Of a stretch of 64,000 nucleotides of DNA, positions 34,801 through 47,106 are shown one piece after another (position 1 is the stretch's first letter; each line of letters begins with the position of its first letter). This DNA comes from an uncultured Pontibacter sp. Its GTDB lineage: Bacteria > Bacteroidota > Bacteroidia > Cytophagales > Hymenobacteraceae. The notes under the pieces were generated by a model that was not told the origin of the DNA, did no database searches, and was given only the letters and a program-made list of their open reading frames with translations. The position numbers were made by a program, and so were the translations under genes. Where the stretch lies: the NCBI GenBank assembly GCA_947499125.1, contig CANMMP010000006.1, positions 114,668 through 178,667 of the forward strand. The letters are read 5' to 3'.

Positions 34801-35698
34801 AGAAGTGAACATGTTCAAGGATCTGATTCTTGAGAACTGGACAAGCGACGAGAACACTAACTCAATGTTGTTAGAGTTAGTGAAGAACTATACCAAGCGC
34901 CGCAACATTATTTCTGCTCACTTTAAGCGTGAAAGATTTACGCTGGAAGTAGGAGATGAATTACCGGCAGGTATTGTGCAGCTGGCTAAAGTATACATTG
35001 CTAAAAAGCGTAAGCTGAAAGTTGGTGATAAAATGGCTGGTCGTCACGGTAACAAAGGTATAGTTGCCCGTATCGTTCGCGACGAAGACATGCCATTCCT
35101 GGAAGATGGAACTCCAATGGACATCGTGCTTAACCCGCTTGGTGTACCTTCAAGGATGAACATTGGTCAGATCTATGAAACTGTACTTGGATGGGCTGGT
35201 TTAAAATTAGGTCGTAAATATGCGACTCCGATTTTCGACGGTGCAACAGAAGAGCAGGTTTCTGCGGAGTTGACTGAAGCAGGATTACCAAGATTTGGTA
35301 GAACTTATCTGTTCGATGGTTTATCTGGTGACAGATTCGACCAGCCAGTAACAGTAGGTGTTATCTATATGCTGAAACTAGGTCACTTAGTGGATGATAA
35401 GATGCACGCCCGTTCTATCGGACCATACTCATTGATTACGCAACAGCCATTGGGTGGTAAAGCCCAGTTTGGTGGTCAGCGTTTTGGTGAAATGGAGGTG
35501 TGGGCATTAGAGGCATTCGGTGCTTCTAACGTACTGCAGGAAATATTAACAGTTAAATCTGACGACGTTATCGGCCGTGCGAAAGCTTATGAAGCGATCG
35601 TAAAAGGTGACGTATTGCCTAAGCCAAATATCCCTGAATCATTCAACGTATTGATTCACGAGTTAAGAGGTCTGGCTCTGGAAATCACATTAGAGTAG
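31826..35698 (+). CDS. rpoB: DNA-directed RNA polymerase subunit beta (TTG start)
   Basis: 1290 aa with conserved [21 protein letters not shown] and PESFNVL.HELR.L. The first in-frame start is TTG at 31826. Confidence 0.98.
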   Translation: MAKNKTIERINFASIKKVIDYPDFLDVQLQSFQDFFQLETAAENRAQEGLFKVFAENFPISDSRENFVLEFIDYHVDPPKYSVDESIDRGLTYSVPLKAKLRLICNDEDNEDFETIEQEVFLGNIPYMTEKGSFVINGAERVIVSQLHRSPGVFFAQSKHTNGTKLYSARIIPFKGSWVEFATDVNNVMYAYIDRKKKFPVTTLLRAIGYGTDKDILDLFGLSEEIPANKTNLKNAVGRKLAARVLKTWTEDFVDEDTGEVVSIDRNEVLLERDSEITQDDIETILESGNKSIVLHRENVNIADYAIIYNTLQKDNSNSEQEAVEQIYRQLRNTEAPDVETARDIIQKLFFSDKRYDLGEVGRYRINKKLGIDTHWDAKVLTNDDIVLIVKYLIGLINSKAVVDDIDHLSNRRVRTVGEQLYAQFGVGLARMARTIKERMNVRDNEDFKPVDLINARTLSSVINSFFGTNQLSQFMDQTNPLAEVTHKRRVSALGPGGLSRERAGFEVRDVHYTHYGRLCTIETPEGPNIGLISSLCVHARVNHMGFIETPYRKVVNGIVNVAGEVEYLTAEEEDTHHIAQANAVIDEKGNFINDRVKGRFEGDFPVEEPATYTYMDIAPNQIVSVAASMIPFLEHDDANRALMGSNMQRQAVPLLKPQAPIVGTGLEGRAAIDSRALVIAEGDGVIDFVDANKIVVKYDLTDEEKLVSFDAEFVTYNLIKFRRTNQDTCINLTPLVRTGQRVTKGQPLCEGYATNDGELALGRNLQVAFMPWQGYNFEDAIVISERVVRDDVFTSIHIEEFELEVRETKRGEEELTSEIPNVSEEAVRNLDENGIIRIGAEVKEGDILIGKITPKGETDPTPEEKLLRAIFGDKAGDVKDASLKAPPSLNGVVIETKLFSRPKKDKNLRAKSKKEVEELKVKYSKDLIAIKNVMVDKLVNLLEGKTTQGIKHKFGDEILTKGSKFSRKNIVEALFPEKNPYKDESNYAVPEEVNMFKDLILENWTSDENTNSMLLELVKNYTKRRNIISAHFKRERFTLEVGDELPAGIVQLAKVYIAKKRKLKVGDKMAGRHGNKGIVARIVRDEDMPFLEDGTPMDIVLNPLGVPSRMNIGQIYETVLGWAGLKLGRKYATPIFDGATEEQVSAELTEAGLPRFGRTYLFDGLSGDRFDQPVTVGVIYMLKLGHLVDDKMHARSIGPYSLITQQPLGGKAQFGGQRFGEMEVWALEAFGASNVLQEILTVKSDDVIGRAKAYEAIVKGDVLPKPNIPESFNVLIHELRGLALEITLE

Positions 35699-35700
35699 TA

Positions 35701-35755
35701 AAGTATAAGCTGAGCGCTTTGGAGAGATCCGGAGCGCTTGGCTCACTTTATACTT
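35701..35755 (+). other. Long imperfect hairpin in the rpoB-rpoC spacer, closed by inverted motif copies
   Basis: AAGTATAA (35701-35708) pairs with TTATACTT (35748-35755). The inner 9-bp stem GCGCUUUGG/CCGGAGCGC includes two G-U pairs. There is no T run after it. Confidence 0.6.
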
Positions 35756-35806
35756 GTTCAGATCAGCTGTAAAGCAAATAAGTTGTATCGATATTATTAG
35801 AATAAT

Positions 35807-38800
35807 ATGGCATTTGCAAAAACCAAAAAGCTAACTCAGGACTTCTCAAAAGTAACGATAAGCTTAGCTTCTCCAGAATCTATTCTGGAACGTTCGAACG
35901 GAGAGGTAGTTAAGCCTGAGACCATAAATTATAGAACCTATAAGCCTGAGATGGGTGGTTTATTCTGCGAAAGAATATTCGGACCTGTTAAAGACTGGGA
36001 ATGCCACTGCGGAAAGTATAAAAGAATCAGATATAAAGGTATCATCTGCGACCGTTGCGGTGTAGAAGTTACAGAGAAAAAAGTGCGTCGTGAGCGTATG
36101 GGCCATATTGAGCTTGTAGTTCCTGTAGCGCATATCTGGTACTTCAAGTCTCTTCCAAACAAAATCGGTTATCTGTTAGGCTTACCAACCAAGAAGCTTG
36201 ACCAGATCATCTATTATGAAAGATATGTAGTTATCCAGCCGGGTATTTTGGCAGAAGACGGTGTGAATACACTGGACTTCCTGACTGAAGATGAATACCT
36301 GGATATGGTTGACAAGCTTCCTCGTGAGAACCAGATGTTGGACAATAATGATCCAAACAAGTTCATCGCGAAAATGGGTGCTGAAGCATTACAAATGTTA
36401 TTGGAGCGCACGAACCTTGATGACTTGTCATATGAACTTCGTCATGCTGCCGCACACGAAACATCGCAGCAGCGTAAGGCTGAGGCGTTAAAGCGTCTTC
36501 GTGTAGTAGAAGCATTCCGTGATGCTACAACAAGAATTGAAAACAGACCTGAGTGGATGATCATCCGCATGGTACCTGTTATTCCGCCAGAACTTCGCCC
36601 ACTTGTTCCGTTGGATGGTGGCCGTTTTGCTACTTCTGACTTGAATGACCTTTACAGACGTGTTATTATCCGTAACAACCGTCTTAAGCGTCTGATCGAG
36701 ATCAAAGCTCCTGAAGTAATTCTTCGTAATGAGAAGCGTATGCTACAGGAAGCGGTTGACTCTCTGTTCGACAACTCACGTAAAGTGAACGCTGTTCGTG
36801 CAGAAGGTAACCGTGCGCTGAAGTCGCTTTCTGATATGCTGAAAGGTAAGCAGGGACGTTTCCGTCAAAACTTACTTGGTAAGCGTGTAGACTACTCTGG
36901 CCGTTCGGTAATTGTAGTTGGTCCTGAACTAAAGCTGCATGAGTGCGGTCTGCCTAAAAACATGGCAGCTGAGCTTTTCAAGCCGTTCATTATCCGCAAG
37001 CTGATCGAAAGAGGTATAGTTAAGACAGTTAAGTCAGCCAAGAAAATTGTAGATCGTAAGGATCCAGTTGTTTGGGATATCCTGGAGAATGTGCTGAAAG
37101 GCCACCCGGTACTCCTTAACCGTGCTCCAACACTACACAGACTTGGTATCCAGGCATTCCAGCCAAAACTGATCGAAGGTAAGGCAATTCAGTTACACCC
37201 ACTTGTGTGTACTGCATTCAACGCCGACTTTGACGGTGACCAGATGGCGGTGCACGTTCCACTTGGACCTGCAGCTATCCTGGAAGCTTCTATGCTGATG
37301 CTTGCTTCGCATAACATCCTTAACCCTGCTAACGGTGCTCCAATTGCAGTACCTTCTCAGGACATGGTTCTTGGTTTATACTATGTAACCAAAGGAAAGC
37401 GTAGCACAGAGAACGAAAGCATAAAGGGAGAAGGCATGAATTTCTATTCTCCTGAAGAAGTTATCATTGCAATAAACGAAGGTCGTCTTTCGAAGCATGC
37501 CCACATTAAGGTGCGTGTAAATATTAAAGATGAAAGCGGCCAGATCGTAAATAAATTAACGGAAACAGTAGCTGGTCGAGTGTTATTCAACCAGTTCGTG
37601 CCGAAAGAAGTTGGATACATTGATGAATTACTAACGAAGAAAAAGCTTCAGCAGGTAATTTCTCGTGTGTTCAAAGAAACAGGTATGGCTCGTACAGCTC
37701 ACTTCCTGGATGATATTAAAACACTAGGATTCCAGTCTGCTTATAAAGGCGGTCTATCAATGGGTCTTGGTGATATCAACATCCCAGCGGAGAAAGAGAT
37801 ACTTGTTGAGCAGGCTAAAAAAGATGTAGATGCTGTATGGCAGAACTACTCTATGGGTCTGATCACAGACAATGAGCGTTATAACCAGGTAATTGATATA
37901 TGGACACGTATCAACAACCAGATCACTGAAACGTTGATGCGCCGTCTGGAAAATGAAGATCAGGGCTTTAACTCTATCTTCATGATGATGCACTCAGGAG
38001 CCCGTGGTTCAAGAGAGCAGATCCGTCAGTTAGGTGGTATGAGAGGTCTGATGGCTAAGCCTCAGAAATCACTTCAGGGTTCAGTAGGTGAAATTATCGA
38101 AAACCCGATCCTTTCTAACTTTAAGGAAGGACTGGATGTAATCGAGTACTTCATCTCTACTCACGGTGCTCGTAAAGGTCTTGCCGATACTGCTCTTAAA
38201 ACTGCAGATGCTGGTTACCTGACTCGTCGTCTGGTAGACGTATCGCAGGACGTGATCGTGAATGAAGAAGACTGCGGTACATTACGTGGTCTGGAAGTGA
38301 GTGCACTGAAAGACAATGAAGATATCGTAGAATCACTGTCAGAACGTATTCTTGGTCGTGTAACTGTACACGATGTGTACGATCCTATAACCAGCGATCT
38401 TATAGTTGAGTCAGGTACTGAGATCACAGAAGAAGTAGCGCGTGATATTGAAAACACAGCGATCGAAACTGTAGAGATACGTTCAGTACTTACTTGCGAG
38501 TCTAAGCGTGGTATTTGTGCCAAATGCTACGGCCGTAACCTGGCAACAGGATTTATGGTGCAGAAAGGTGAGGCAGTTGGTGTAATTGCAGCTCAGTCAA
38601 TTGGTGAGCCAGGTACACAGCTTACACTTCGTACATTCCACGTGGGTGGTACTGCATCTAACATCGCGGTAGAAGCAACTATAAAAGCTAAGTTTGGCGG
38701 TAAAATAGAGTATGAAGATGTTCGTACGATAGATACTGTAAATAACGAAGGCGAGCCGGTTAAAGTGGTAATGGGACGTTCAGGTGAGGTGAAAATTGTT

Positions 38801-40123
38801 GACCCTAATACAGGTAAGCTGTTTATCTCAAACCACGTGCCTTATGGTTCATTCCTGACTGTAAAAGAAGGTGATGTAGTAGAGAAAGGCGACAACATTT
38901 GTAGCTGGGATCCATACAACGCAGTTATACTTTCAGAATTCGATGGTAACATCAGCTACGAGTCGATCATTGAAGGTATCACATTCCGTGAGGAGTCTGA
39001 TGAGCAGACAGGTTACCGTGAAAAAGTAATTATTGATACAAAAGATAAGACGCAAAACCCTGCAATAATTGTAAATCCGAAGAATGGTGAATCGAAAGGT
39101 TATAACATTCCAGTGGGTGCACACATCGTGGTAGAAGATGGCGAGAAGATCAAAGCAGGTCAGATCCTGGTGAAGATACCTCGTGCGATCGGTAAAACAC
39201 GTGACATTACAGGTGGTCTTCCACGAGTTACTGAATTGTTCGAAGCTCGTAACCCATCTAACCCGGCCGTAGTGTCTGAAATTGATGGTGTAGTAACATA
39301 TGGTAGTGTGAAGCGTGGTAACCGTGAGATCTTTATCGAGTCTAAAGACGGAGTAAAGAAGAAATACATGGTACCTCTTTCTAAGCACATCCTTGTACAG
39401 GACAATGACTTCGTTCGTGCAGGTATGCCTTTATCGGATGGTGCAATTACACCTACAGATATCCTGAATATTCAAGGTCCGGGTGCAGTACAAGAGTACC
39501 TGGTAAATGAGATACAGGAAGTTTACCGTCTGCAGGGTGTGAAGATCAACGATAAGCACATTGAGGTGGTAGTTCGCCAGATGATGCAGAAAGTTGTTAT
39601 ACTTGATCCAGGTGATACAAGCTTCCTGGAGCACCAGGTAGTTGATAAGATCCTTTTCATGGAAGAGAACGATCGCATCATCGATATGAAGGTAGTGGAA
39701 GAAGCGGGTGACTCGGCTACAATGAAGCCAGGACAGATCGTTACTGCACGTCGTCTGCGTGATGAGAACTCTAGCCTGAAACGTCGTGACCTGAAACTGG
39801 TAACAGTGCGTGATGCATCTCCGGCAGTATCTCGTCCGACACTTCAAGGTATAACGCAGGCATCGTTAGGTACTCAAAGCTTTATCTCAGCAGCATCATT
39901 CCAGGAAACAACCAAAGTACTGAGTGAAGCAGCTATTAAAGGTAAAGCAGATGAACTGTTAGGTCTGAAAGAAAACGTGATCGTAGGACACCTAATACCA
40001 GCTGGTACAGGTCTGAAAGAATACCAGAACCTGATCGTAGGTAGCCAGGATGAATACGATTCATTAGTTGAATCAAAGAAGGCGACAGCTAAAGCAAAGC
40101 AGCAATCACTGCAGAATAAATAA
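35807..40123 (+). CDS. rpoC: DNA-directed RNA polymerase subunit beta'
   Basis: 1438 aa with the catalytic [12 protein letters not shown] motif and the N-terminal zinc motif CHCGKYK...CDRCGVEV. Confidence 0.98.
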   Translation: MAFAKTKKLTQDFSKVTISLASPESILERSNGEVVKPETINYRTYKPEMGGLFCERIFGPVKDWECHCGKYKRIRYKGIICDRCGVEVTEKKVRRERMGHIELVVPVAHIWYFKSLPNKIGYLLGLPTKKLDQIIYYERYVVIQPGILAEDGVNTLDFLTEDEYLDMVDKLPRENQMLDNNDPNKFIAKMGAEALQMLLERTNLDDLSYELRHAAAHETSQQRKAEALKRLRVVEAFRDATTRIENRPEWMIIRMVPVIPPELRPLVPLDGGRFATSDLNDLYRRVIIRNNRLKRLIEIKAPEVILRNEKRMLQEAVDSLFDNSRKVNAVRAEGNRALKSLSDMLKGKQGRFRQNLLGKRVDYSGRSVIVVGPELKLHECGLPKNMAAELFKPFIIRKLIERGIVKTVKSAKKIVDRKDPVVWDILENVLKGHPVLLNRAPTLHRLGIQAFQPKLIEGKAIQLHPLVCTAFNADFDGDQMAVHVPLGPAAILEASMLMLASHNILNPANGAPIAVPSQDMVLGLYYVTKGKRSTENESIKGEGMNFYSPEEVIIAINEGRLSKHAHIKVRVNIKDESGQIVNKLTETVAGRVLFNQFVPKEVGYIDELLTKKKLQQVISRVFKETGMARTAHFLDDIKTLGFQSAYKGGLSMGLGDINIPAEKEILVEQAKKDVDAVWQNYSMGLITDNERYNQVIDIWTRINNQITETLMRRLENEDQGFNSIFMMMHSGARGSREQIRQLGGMRGLMAKPQKSLQGSVGEIIENPILSNFKEGLDVIEYFISTHGARKGLADTALKTADAGYLTRRLVDVSQDVIVNEEDCGTLRGLEVSALKDNEDIVESLSERILGRVTVHDVYDPITSDLIVESGTEITEEVARDIENTAIETVEIRSVLTCESKRGICAKCYGRNLATGFMVQKGEAVGVIAAQSIGEPGTQLTLRTFHVGGTASNIAVEATIKAKFGGKIEYEDVRTIDTVNNEGEPVKVVMGRSGEVKIVDPNTGKLFISNHVPYGSFLTVKEGDVVEKGDNICSWDPYNAVILSEFDGNISYESIIEGITFREESDEQTGYREKVIIDTKDKTQNPAIIVNPKNGESKGYNIPVGAHIVVEDGEKIKAGQILVKIPRAIGKTRDITGGLPRVTELFEARNPSNPAVVSEIDGVVTYGSVKRGNREIFIESKDGVKKKYMVPLSKHILVQDNDFVRAGMPLSDGAITPTDILNIQGPGAVQEYLVNEIQEVYRLQGVKINDKHIEVVVRQMMQKVVILDPGDTSFLEHQVVDKILFMEENDRIIDMKVVEEAGDSATMKPGQIVTARRLRDENSSLKRRDLKLVTVRDASPAVSRPTLQGITQASLGTQSFISAASFQETTKVLSEAAIKGKADELLGLKENVIVGHLIPAGTGLKEYQNLIVGSQDEYDSLVESKKATAKAKQQSLQNK

Positions 40124-40132
40124 ATCAAAGCA

Positions 40133-40447
40133 ATGGCAGAAGAACAAAATAAGAATCAGATCAACATTGAGCTATCAGAAGAAGTGGCAGAAGGACAGTA
40201 TGCAAATCTGGCTATGATCGCACACTCAAGTAGCGAATTTGTAATAGATTTTATTCGTTTGATGCCGGGCTTACCAAAAGCTAAAGTAAAATCAAGAGTT
40301 GTTATCACGCCAGAGCATGCCAAAAGATTATTGGCTGCTCTGGCAGATAACATCAAAAAATTTGAAGGTAGCTATGGTGAAATAAAGCAAGCAAACGAGG
40401 CCCCAAGTTTCCCAATGAACTTTGGAGGAACCGTTGGCGAAGCATAA
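40133..40447 (+). CDS. DUF3467-domain protein (conserved partner downstream of rpoC in Bacteroidota)
   Basis: 104 aa. GQYANLAMIAHSSSEFVIDF...V.SRVVITPEHAKRLL pattern; 9 nt after the rpoC stop. Confidence 0.8.
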   Translation: MAEEQNKNQINIELSEEVAEGQYANLAMIAHSSSEFVIDFIRLMPGLPKAKVKSRVVITPEHAKRLLAALADNIKKFEGSYGEIKQANEAPSFPMNFGGTVGEA

Positions 40448-40475
40448 GGTGCTAAGAATTAATAATTTAAAAGTT

Positions 40476-40506
40476 TTGAAATTGCAAAGCGATTTTTATA
40501 CCTTTG
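40476..40506 (+). promoter_or_regulatory. Bacteroidota-type promoter of rpsL-rpsG-fusA-rpsJ
   Basis: TTG (40476-40478), a 20-nt spacer, TACCTTTG (40499-40506). Confidence 0.5.
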
Positions 40507-40553
40507 CAGTCCAAAATTTAAAGTGGATAAAATCTATAATTAACAGCTAGTAA

Positions 40554-40967
40554 ATGCCTACTATACAGCAATTAGTAAGAAAAGGTAGAGAAAAACTGAC
40601 TTCAAAGTCAAAATCTCCAGCCTTGGACTCATGCCCACAGCGTCGTGGTGTATGTACTAGAGTATATACAACTACGCCTAAGAAGCCAAACTCAGCAATG
40701 CGTAAGGTAGCAAGGGTAAGATTAACAAACGGTAAAGAGGTTAACGCCTACATACCAGGTGAGGGTCACAACCTACAGGAACACTCTATTGTTCTGATCA
40801 GAGGTGGTAGAGTAAAAGACTTGCCAGGTGTACGTTATCACATCGTTCGTGGTGCACTTGACACTGCAGGTGTAAGCGGTCGTCTTCAGTCTCGTTCTAA
40901 GTACGGTGCGAAGAGACCTAAGCCAGGACAAGCTCCAGCGGCTGCCGGAAAAGGTAAAAAGAAATAA
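40554..40967 (+). CDS. rpsL: 30S ribosomal protein S12
   Basis: [12 protein letters not shown]...[22 protein letters not shown], with a Lys-rich C-terminal tail. Confidence 0.98.
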   Translation: MPTIQQLVRKGREKLTSKSKSPALDSCPQRRGVCTRVYTTTPKKPNSAMRKVARVRLTNGKEVNAYIPGEGHNLQEHSIVLIRGGRVKDLPGVRYHIVRGALDTAGVSGRLQSRSKYGAKRPKPGQAPAAAGKGKKK

Positions 40968-40986
40968 TACATAGCGTTTTAATACA

Positions 40987-41454
40987 ATGAGAAAAGCAAA
41001 GCCGAAGAGTAGAATTCTCCTTCCAGATCCAAAATACAAAGAGACATTAGTAACACGTTTTGTTAACTACCTGATGGTAGATGGCAAAAAAAGCGTTGCT
41101 TATGGAATTTTCTATGATGCTGTAGATCTAGTAGAGCAAAGAACAAAAGAGAACGGTCTTGAAACTTGGAAGAAGGCATTGAATAACATCATGCCTAGCG
41201 TAGAAGTTAAAAGCCGTCGTGTTGGAGGAGCTACTTTCCAAGTGCCGACTGAGGTTCGTCCGGACCGCAGAGTATCTCTGGGAATCAAATGGATGATTTC
41301 CTACTCACGCAAGAGAGGTGAGAAGACAATGAAGGATAAATTAGCAGGTGAAATTATCGCAGCTGCTAAGGGAGAAGGTGCAGCCGTTAAGAAAAAAGAC
41401 GATACGCACAGAATGGCAGAAGCCAACAAAGCATTCTCACACTTTAGATTCTAG
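40987..41454 (+). CDS. rpsG: 30S ribosomal protein S7
   Basis: 155 aa; [16 protein letters not shown]. Confidence 0.97.
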   Translation: MRKAKPKSRILLPDPKYKETLVTRFVNYLMVDGKKSVAYGIFYDAVDLVEQRTKENGLETWKKALNNIMPSVEVKSRRVGGATFQVPTEVRPDRRVSLGIKWMISYSRKRGEKTMKDKLAGEIIAAAKGEGAAVKKKDDTHRMAEANKAFSHFRF

Positions 41455-41456
41455 TA

Positions 41457-43559
41457 ATGGCAAGAGACTTAAAATACACAAGAAATATTGGTATTGCTGC
41501 GCACATTGATGCGGGCAAGACCACTACTACTGAGCGTATTCTATATTATACAGGTAAATCACACAAGTTAGGTGAAGTACACGAAGGTGGCGCTACAACT
41601 GACTGGATGGAACAAGAGCAGGAGCGTGGTATCACGATCACATCTGCAGCTGTAACTGTAAACTGGCCATACAGAGGCAATGATTATCATATCAACATCA
41701 TTGATACTCCTGGTCACGTGGACTTTACAGTAGAAGTAAACCGTTCATTACGCGTACTGGATGGTTTGGTATTCCTGTTTAGTGCTGTTGATGGTGTTGA
41801 GCCACAATCAGAAACTAACTGGAGACTTGCCGACAACTATAAAGTTGCACGTCTGGGTTTCGTTAACAAAATGGACCGTTCTGGTGCTGATTTCCTTGCA
41901 GTATGTAAGCAGGTGAAAGAAATGTTAGGCAGCAATGCAGTAGCATTACAGTTACCAATAGGTTCTGAAGATAACTTCAAAGGTGTTGTTGACCTGGTTA
42001 ACTTCCGTGGTATAGTTTGGAATGAGTCAGATAAAGGTATGACCTTTACTGAAGTGCCAATTCCAGACGATATGATCGAAGAAGCAGAAGAATACAGAGA
42101 GAAACTTCTGGAAGCGGTTGCTGATTACGATGAGAGATTAATGGAGAAATACTTCGATGATCCCGCATCAATCACTGAAGATGAAATTCTTGCTGCGCTT
42201 CGTGCTGCAACTATTGATATGGCTATTGTACCAATGCTTTGTGGTTCTTCTTTCAAGAACAAAGGTGTTCAGACAATGCTGGATTATGTAATGGCATTAC
42301 TTCCATCTCCGATGGATAAAGAAAGCATTCTAGGTACAAACCCGGATACTGATGCAGAAGTAGCAAGAAAGCCAAGTGTAACTGAGCCTTTTGCTGGTCT
42401 TGCGTTTAAAATTGCAACAGACCCATACGTAGGTAGACTTTGCTTCGTAAGAGCTTATTCAGGTGTACTGGAGTCAGGTTCTTATGTATACAATACACGT
42501 TCTAATAACAAAGAGCGTATCTCTCGTATCTTCCAGATGCACGCAAACAAGCAGAATCAGATCGAAAGATTAGAAGCTGGTGATATTGCAGCAGTAGTTG
42601 GTTTCAAAGATATCAAGACTGGTGATACACTTTGCGATCAGAACGCGAAAATAGTTCTGGAGTCAATGGAGTTCCCAGAGCCAGTTATCGGATATGCTAT
42701 TGAGCCTAAAACTCAGGCTGACTCTGATAAAATGGGTATGGCCATTGCGAAACTGATCGAAGAAGATCCAACTTTACAGGTAAATACAGACGAAGAAACA
42801 GGTCAGACTATTCTTCGTGGTATGGGTGAGCTTCACCTTGAGATCATCATCGATCGTATGAAGCGTGAGTTCAAGGTAGAATTGAACCAGGGTGCACCTC
42901 AGGTAGCTTACAAAGAGACGATTACGAAGACTATTGAGCACAGAGAAGTGTTCAAGAAGCAATCAGGTGGTCGTGGTAAGTTTGCCGACATCGTGTTTAA
43001 CATGGGACCACGTGAAGATGGCAAAACCGGACTTGAGTTCGAGAACGCGATTGTTGGTGGTGTAATTCCTAAAGAATTTATACCAGCTATTCAGAAGGGT
43101 TTCGAAGAAGCAATGAAGAATGGTATTCTTGCAGGCTTCCCAGTTGACTCAATGAAAGTTCGTTTATTCCACGGTTCATTCCACGATGTTGACTCTGATG
43201 CGCTGTCTTTCGAATTAGCAGCACGCCAGGGCTTCAAAGAAGCAGGTAAGCAGTGCGCACCTAAACTTCTTGAGCCGATCATGGCAGTAGACGTTGTAAC
43301 TCCAGACGAATACACCGGTCCGGTTACAGGTGACCTTAACAGAAGAAGAGGTTTGATGAAAGGTATGGATACGAAAGGTACAGCCACAGTTGTTAAAGCT
43401 GATGTTCCGCTTTCAGAACTATTTGGTTATGTTACCGACCTTCGTACTATCACTTCTGGTAGAGCTACAGCTTCTCTTACCTTCTCTCATTACGAGCAGG
43501 TTCCGCAGAACTTAGCAGATGCAATCATTGCTAAAATAAAAGGTACGTCAGCTAAATAG
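41457..43559 (+). CDS. fusA: Elongation factor G
   Basis: 700 aa; [19 protein letters not shown] and DTPGHVDF. Confidence 0.98.
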   Translation: MARDLKYTRNIGIAAHIDAGKTTTTERILYYTGKSHKLGEVHEGGATTDWMEQEQERGITITSAAVTVNWPYRGNDYHINIIDTPGHVDFTVEVNRSLRVLDGLVFLFSAVDGVEPQSETNWRLADNYKVARLGFVNKMDRSGADFLAVCKQVKEMLGSNAVALQLPIGSEDNFKGVVDLVNFRGIVWNESDKGMTFTEVPIPDDMIEEAEEYREKLLEAVADYDERLMEKYFDDPASITEDEILAALRAATIDMAIVPMLCGSSFKNKGVQTMLDYVMALLPSPMDKESILGTNPDTDAEVARKPSVTEPFAGLAFKIATDPYVGRLCFVRAYSGVLESGSYVYNTRSNNKERISRIFQMHANKQNQIERLEAGDIAAVVGFKDIKTGDTLCDQNAKIVLESMEFPEPVIGYAIEPKTQADSDKMGMAIAKLIEEDPTLQVNTDEETGQTILRGMGELHLEIIIDRMKREFKVELNQGAPQVAYKETITKTIEHREVFKKQSGGRGKFADIVFNMGPREDGKTGLEFENAIVGGVIPKEFIPAIQKGFEEAMKNGILAGFPVDSMKVRLFHGSFHDVDSDALSFELAARQGFKEAGKQCAPKLLEPIMAVDVVTPDEYTGPVTGDLNRRRGLMKGMDTKGTATVVKADVPLSELFGYVTDLRTITSGRATASLTFSHYEQVPQNLADAIIAKIKGTSAK

Positions 43560-43570
43560 CATTAATAATA

Positions 43571-43876
43571 ATGAATCAGAAAATCAGAATTAAGTTAAAG
43601 TCATACGATCATAATTTAGTTGACAAGTCATCTGAAAAGATCGTTAAAGCGGTGAAGGCAACAGGTGCGATCGTTAGTGGTCCAATTCCATTGCCAACTG
43701 AGAAAGATAAGTTTACAGTGTTAAGATCACCACACGTAAACAAGAAATCACGCGAGCAGTTCCAGCTTTGCACTTACAAGAGATTAGTAGATATTTATTC
43801 AACTAGCTCTAAAACAGTAGATGCACTAATGAAATTGGAGTTACCAAGTGGTGTTGATGTAGAGATCAAAGTTTGA
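43571..43876 (+). CDS. rpsJ: 30S ribosomal protein S10
   Basis: [13 protein letters not shown]...SGPIPLPT. Confidence 0.97.
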   Translation: MNQKIRIKLKSYDHNLVDKSSEKIVKAVKATGAIVSGPIPLPTEKDKFTVLRSPHVNKKSREQFQLCTYKRLVDIYSTSSKTVDALMKLELPSGVDVEIKV

Positions 43877-43896
43877 TAACTACTTAACTGAAGATT

Positions 43897-43932
43897 TAAA
43901 AAGCGGACCATTTACTGTGGTCCGCTTTTTTT
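43897..43932 (+). terminator. Strong intrinsic terminator after rpsJ
   Basis: AAAAAGCGGACCA / TGGTCCGCTTTTTTT; GC-rich 8-bp core extended by A:T pairs, then a T run. Confidence 0.8.
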
Positions 43933-43963
43933 ATGCACTGATAAAGAATATTTTACAGAAGAG

Positions 43964-43995
43964 TTGTAAAGAAAGATTAAATTTTCTTAACTTTG
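43964..43995 (+). promoter_or_regulatory. Bacteroidota-type promoter of rplC and the following genes
   Basis: TTG (43964-43966), a 21-nt spacer, TAACTTTG (43988-43995). Confidence 0.5.
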
Positions 43996-44054
43996 CACTC
44001 CCTTAGCTGATGCTATAGGGTAAAATTTATATATCCATCTAAAAATCAAGTTGA

Positions 44055-44672
44055 ATGCCTGGAATTATCGGTAAAAAAATCGGAATGACAAGCCTCTTCA
44101 CACCAGATGGTAAAAACATACCAGTTACGCTTATCCAAGCTGGCCCGTGTGTTGTTACTCAGGTGAAGACGGTAGAGAACGATGGCTACGCTGCAGTACA
44201 GCTTGGCTTCGGAGACAAGAAGCTCAAGAGAGTAACAAAAGCAGAAGCAGGTCACTACAAAAAGACTAATACGGCTCCAAAGAAAAAGGTTGCAGAATTT
44301 GACTCAGAAGGCCTGGAATTAAGTGCAGGTGATGTAGTTGATGCAAACCTGTTTATTGAAGGTGAGTTTGTTGACGTTGTTGGTACATCAAAAGGTAAAG
44401 GTTTTCAGGGTGTAGTAAAGCGCCATGGATTTGCCGGTGTTGGTGGACAGACACACGGTCAGCATAACAGAGCAAGACACCCAGGTTCAATTGGTGCATG
44501 TTCTTGGCCATCAAGAGTATTTAAAGGTATGCGAATGGCAGGTAGAACTGGTGGTAACCGTGTTACTATCCAAAACCTGACAGTGATGCGTGTTATCGCA
44601 GACAAAAATCTATTAGTAGTTAGTGGCTCTGTACCAGGTGCCAAAAACTCTTACGTTTTAATTGAGAAATAA
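44055..44672 (+). CDS. rplC: 50S ribosomal protein L3
   Basis: 205 aa; [10 protein letters not shown] and [12 protein letters not shown]. Confidence 0.97.
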   Translation: MPGIIGKKIGMTSLFTPDGKNIPVTLIQAGPCVVTQVKTVENDGYAAVQLGFGDKKLKRVTKAEAGHYKKTNTAPKKKVAEFDSEGLELSAGDVVDANLFIEGEFVDVVGTSKGKGFQGVVKRHGFAGVGGQTHGQHNRARHPGSIGACSWPSRVFKGMRMAGRTGGNRVTIQNLTVMRVIADKNLLVVSGSVPGAKNSYVLIEK

Positions 44673-44673
44673 A

Positions 44674-45303
44674 ATGGAGCTTTCTGTATTGAATATAAAA
44701 GGTGAAGATACAGGTAGAAAGATTGCTCTTTCTGATGCTGTATTTGGTGCTGAGCCAAACCAGCATGCGATGTATCTTGACGTGAAGCAGTACTTGGCTA
44801 ATCAGAGACAAGGAACGCATAAGTCAAAAGAACGTAACGAAGTAGCTGGTTCAACCAAGAAGATCAAAAAGCAAAAAGGCACAGGTGGTGCAAGAGCTGG
44901 TAGCATAAAGTCACCTCTGTTTGTAGGTGGTGGTCGTGTTTTCGGTCCTAAGCCAAGAAACTATAGCTTTAAGTTGAACAAGAAACTTAAGAACGTGGCA
45001 AGAGTTTCTGCTCTTTCTCAATTGGCTAAAGATAACAAAGTTGCCCTATTGGAGACTTTTACTTTAGATGCACCAAAAACGAAAGACTTCCTGAATATCA
45101 TGAGCAATATCAAGTCAACAGGTAAAACACTAGTAGTGCTACCTTCAGTTGATAAGAACATTGTACTTTCAGGAAGAAACCTGCCTAAAGTTAAAATAGC
45201 AACAGCTTCTGATCTGAACACTTATGACCTGCTGAATGCAGAGAGAGTAGTTCTTTTAGAAGAGTCGGTGAATGTAATTGAAAACCTCTTAAGCAATAAG
45301 TAA
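44674..45303 (+). CDS. rplD: 50S ribosomal protein L4
   Basis: I chose the ATG at 44674 ([11 protein letters not shown]); the track start at 44662 is a TTG overlapping rplC. Motif [10 protein letters not shown]. Confidence 0.95.
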   Translation: MELSVLNIKGEDTGRKIALSDAVFGAEPNQHAMYLDVKQYLANQRQGTHKSKERNEVAGSTKKIKKQKGTGGARAGSIKSPLFVGGGRVFGPKPRNYSFKLNKKLKNVARVSALSQLAKDNKVALLETFTLDAPKTKDFLNIMSNIKSTGKTLVVLPSVDKNIVLSGRNLPKVKIATASDLNTYDLLNAERVVLLEESVNVIENLLSNK

Positions 45304-45590
45304 TGAACGTACTTAAAAGACCGCTTGTGACGGAAAAATACACTGCCATGAACGAAGTAGGAAAGTATGCTTTTGAGGTTGATAAGAAAGCCAACAAAGT
45401 AGAAATCAGAAAGGCAGTTGAAAAACTTTATGGTGTAACAGTTACAAACGTAGCTACCATGAGATCAATTGGTAAGGTTAAGACGAAATACACCAAATCT
45501 GGTGCAGTTACAGGCCGTACTTCTTTGATCAAAAAAGCAATCATTACCCTGAAAGAGGGTGAGATGATAGATTTTTATAGCGGAATATAA
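45303..45590 (+). CDS. rplW: 50S ribosomal protein L23
   Basis: 95 aa; TAATG overlap with rplD. Confidence 0.95.
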   Translation: MNVLKRPLVTEKYTAMNEVGKYAFEVDKKANKVEIRKAVEKLYGVTVTNVATMRSIGKVKTKYTKSGAVTGRTSLIKKAIITLKEGEMIDFYSGI

Positions 45591-45600
45591 TTAATCAAAA

Positions 45601-46425
45601 ATGGCTTTAAAAAAGTTAAGACCAACAACACCAGGTCAAAGATTTAGAGTAGCGCCGGCATTCGATGAGATTACGGCATCAGCTCCTGAAAAATCTTTGT
45701 TGGCACCTCTTAAAAAATCTGGTGGACGCAACAACCAAGGCAAAATGACTATGCGCTATATGGGCGGTGGTCATAAGCGTAAGTACAGAATGATTGATTT
45801 CAAGAGAACGAAGCACGGTGTGCCGGCTACAGTGAAATCAGTTGAGTACGATCCGAACAGAACTGCCCGTATTGCATTAGTTTACTATGCTGACGGCGAG
45901 AAGAGCTACATTATTGCTCCTACTGGAATTGAAGTAGGCTCAGTAATAATTTCAGGTCCAGGCAATGCTCCAGAAATTGGAAACTGCCTTCCTTTATCTG
46001 AAATTCCTCTAGGTACTATTATCCACAACATCGAGTTGCAGCCAGGTAAAGGCGCTACTTTAGCAAGAAGTGCAGGATCTTATGCACAGCTGGTAGCACG
46101 TGAAGGCCGCTATGCAACTATAAAGCTTCCTTCAGGTGAGCTTAGAATGGTGCTTGTGAATTGCTATGCAACTGTAGGTACTGTTTCAAACTCTGACCAT
46201 ATGAACGTTAATCTTGGTAAAGCAGGACGTAAGAGATGGTTAGGTAGACGTCCAAGAGTTCGTGGTGTTGCGATGAACCCGGTAGATCACCCTATGGGTG
46301 GTGGTGAAGGTAAGTCTTCAGGTGGTCATCCACGCTCACGTAAAGGCTTATATGCAAAAGGTCTGAAGACCAGAAACACAAATAAGCACTCTCAGAAGTT
46401 AATAGTTAATAGAGGAAAGAAATAA
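45601..46425 (+). CDS. rplB: 50S ribosomal protein L2
   Basis: GGGHKRKYR and [12 protein letters not shown]. Confidence 0.98.
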   Translation: MALKKLRPTTPGQRFRVAPAFDEITASAPEKSLLAPLKKSGGRNNQGKMTMRYMGGGHKRKYRMIDFKRTKHGVPATVKSVEYDPNRTARIALVYYADGEKSYIIAPTGIEVGSVIISGPGNAPEIGNCLPLSEIPLGTIIHNIELQPGKGATLARSAGSYAQLVAREGRYATIKLPSGELRMVLVNCYATVGTVSNSDHMNVNLGKAGRKRWLGRRPRVRGVAMNPVDHPMGGGEGKSSGGHPRSRKGLYAKGLKTRNTNKHSQKLIVNRGKK

Positions 46426-46428
46426 TAA

Positions 46429-46707
46429 ATGGCTAGATCATTAAAAAAAGGGCCTTATATTGACTATAGGCTCGATAAAAAAGTAGTTGCGATGAACGAG
46501 TCCGGCAAAAAGTCGGTTATTAAAACCTGGTCTCGCAGATCAATGATTTCTCCTGATTTCGTTGGACATACTTTCGCTGTTCACAATGGAAATAAATTTA
46601 TTCCAGTGTATGTAACAGAGAATATGGTGGGACATAAACTCGGTGAGTTTGCTCCTACAAGAAATTTCAGAGGTCATATTGCTAAAAAAGATAAAGGCAA
46701 GCGATAA
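46429..46707 (+). CDS. rpsS: 30S ribosomal protein S19
   Basis: [10 protein letters not shown]...GHTFAVHNG. Confidence 0.98.
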   Translation: MARSLKKGPYIDYRLDKKVVAMNESGKKSVIKTWSRRSMISPDFVGHTFAVHNGNKFIPVYVTENMVGHKLGEFAPTRNFRGHIAKKDKGKR

Positions 46708-46709
46708 GC

Positions 46710-47102
46710 ATGGAAGCAGTAGCTAAATTAAACAACGTGCCTACGTCTCCTCGCAAGATGAGATTAGTAGCAGATATGGTGCGCGGCAAAAGCGTAGCGA
46801 AAGCCTTAGGTATACTTAAGTTTCAACCTAATTCAGGTGCAGCCAGAATTGAAAAGCTTGTATTATCAGCTTTATCAAACTGGCAGCTGAAAAATGAAGA
46901 TGCTCAGATCGAAGATGCAAACCTATATATCAAAACGATCTTTGTAGATGAAGGAAAGATGTTAAAGCGTCTACGTCCGGCTCCTCAAGGTCGCGGTTAC
47001 CGCATCAGAAAAAGATCAAATCATGTAACTCTTGTATTAGACAGCATGACTGATGAGCAAGTAGAGCAGCAATCAAAGAAATCTAAAAAAGCCAAAAAGT
47101 AA
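46710..47102 (+). CDS. rplV: 50S ribosomal protein L22
   Basis: [15 protein letters not shown]; Lys-rich C-terminal tail. Confidence 0.96.
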   Translation: MEAVAKLNNVPTSPRKMRLVADMVRGKSVAKALGILKFQPNSGAARIEKLVLSALSNWQLKNEDAQIEDANLYIKTIFVDEGKMLKRLRPAPQGRGYRIRKRSNHVTLVLDSMTDEQVEQQSKKSKKAKK

Positions 47103-47106
47103 GAAC

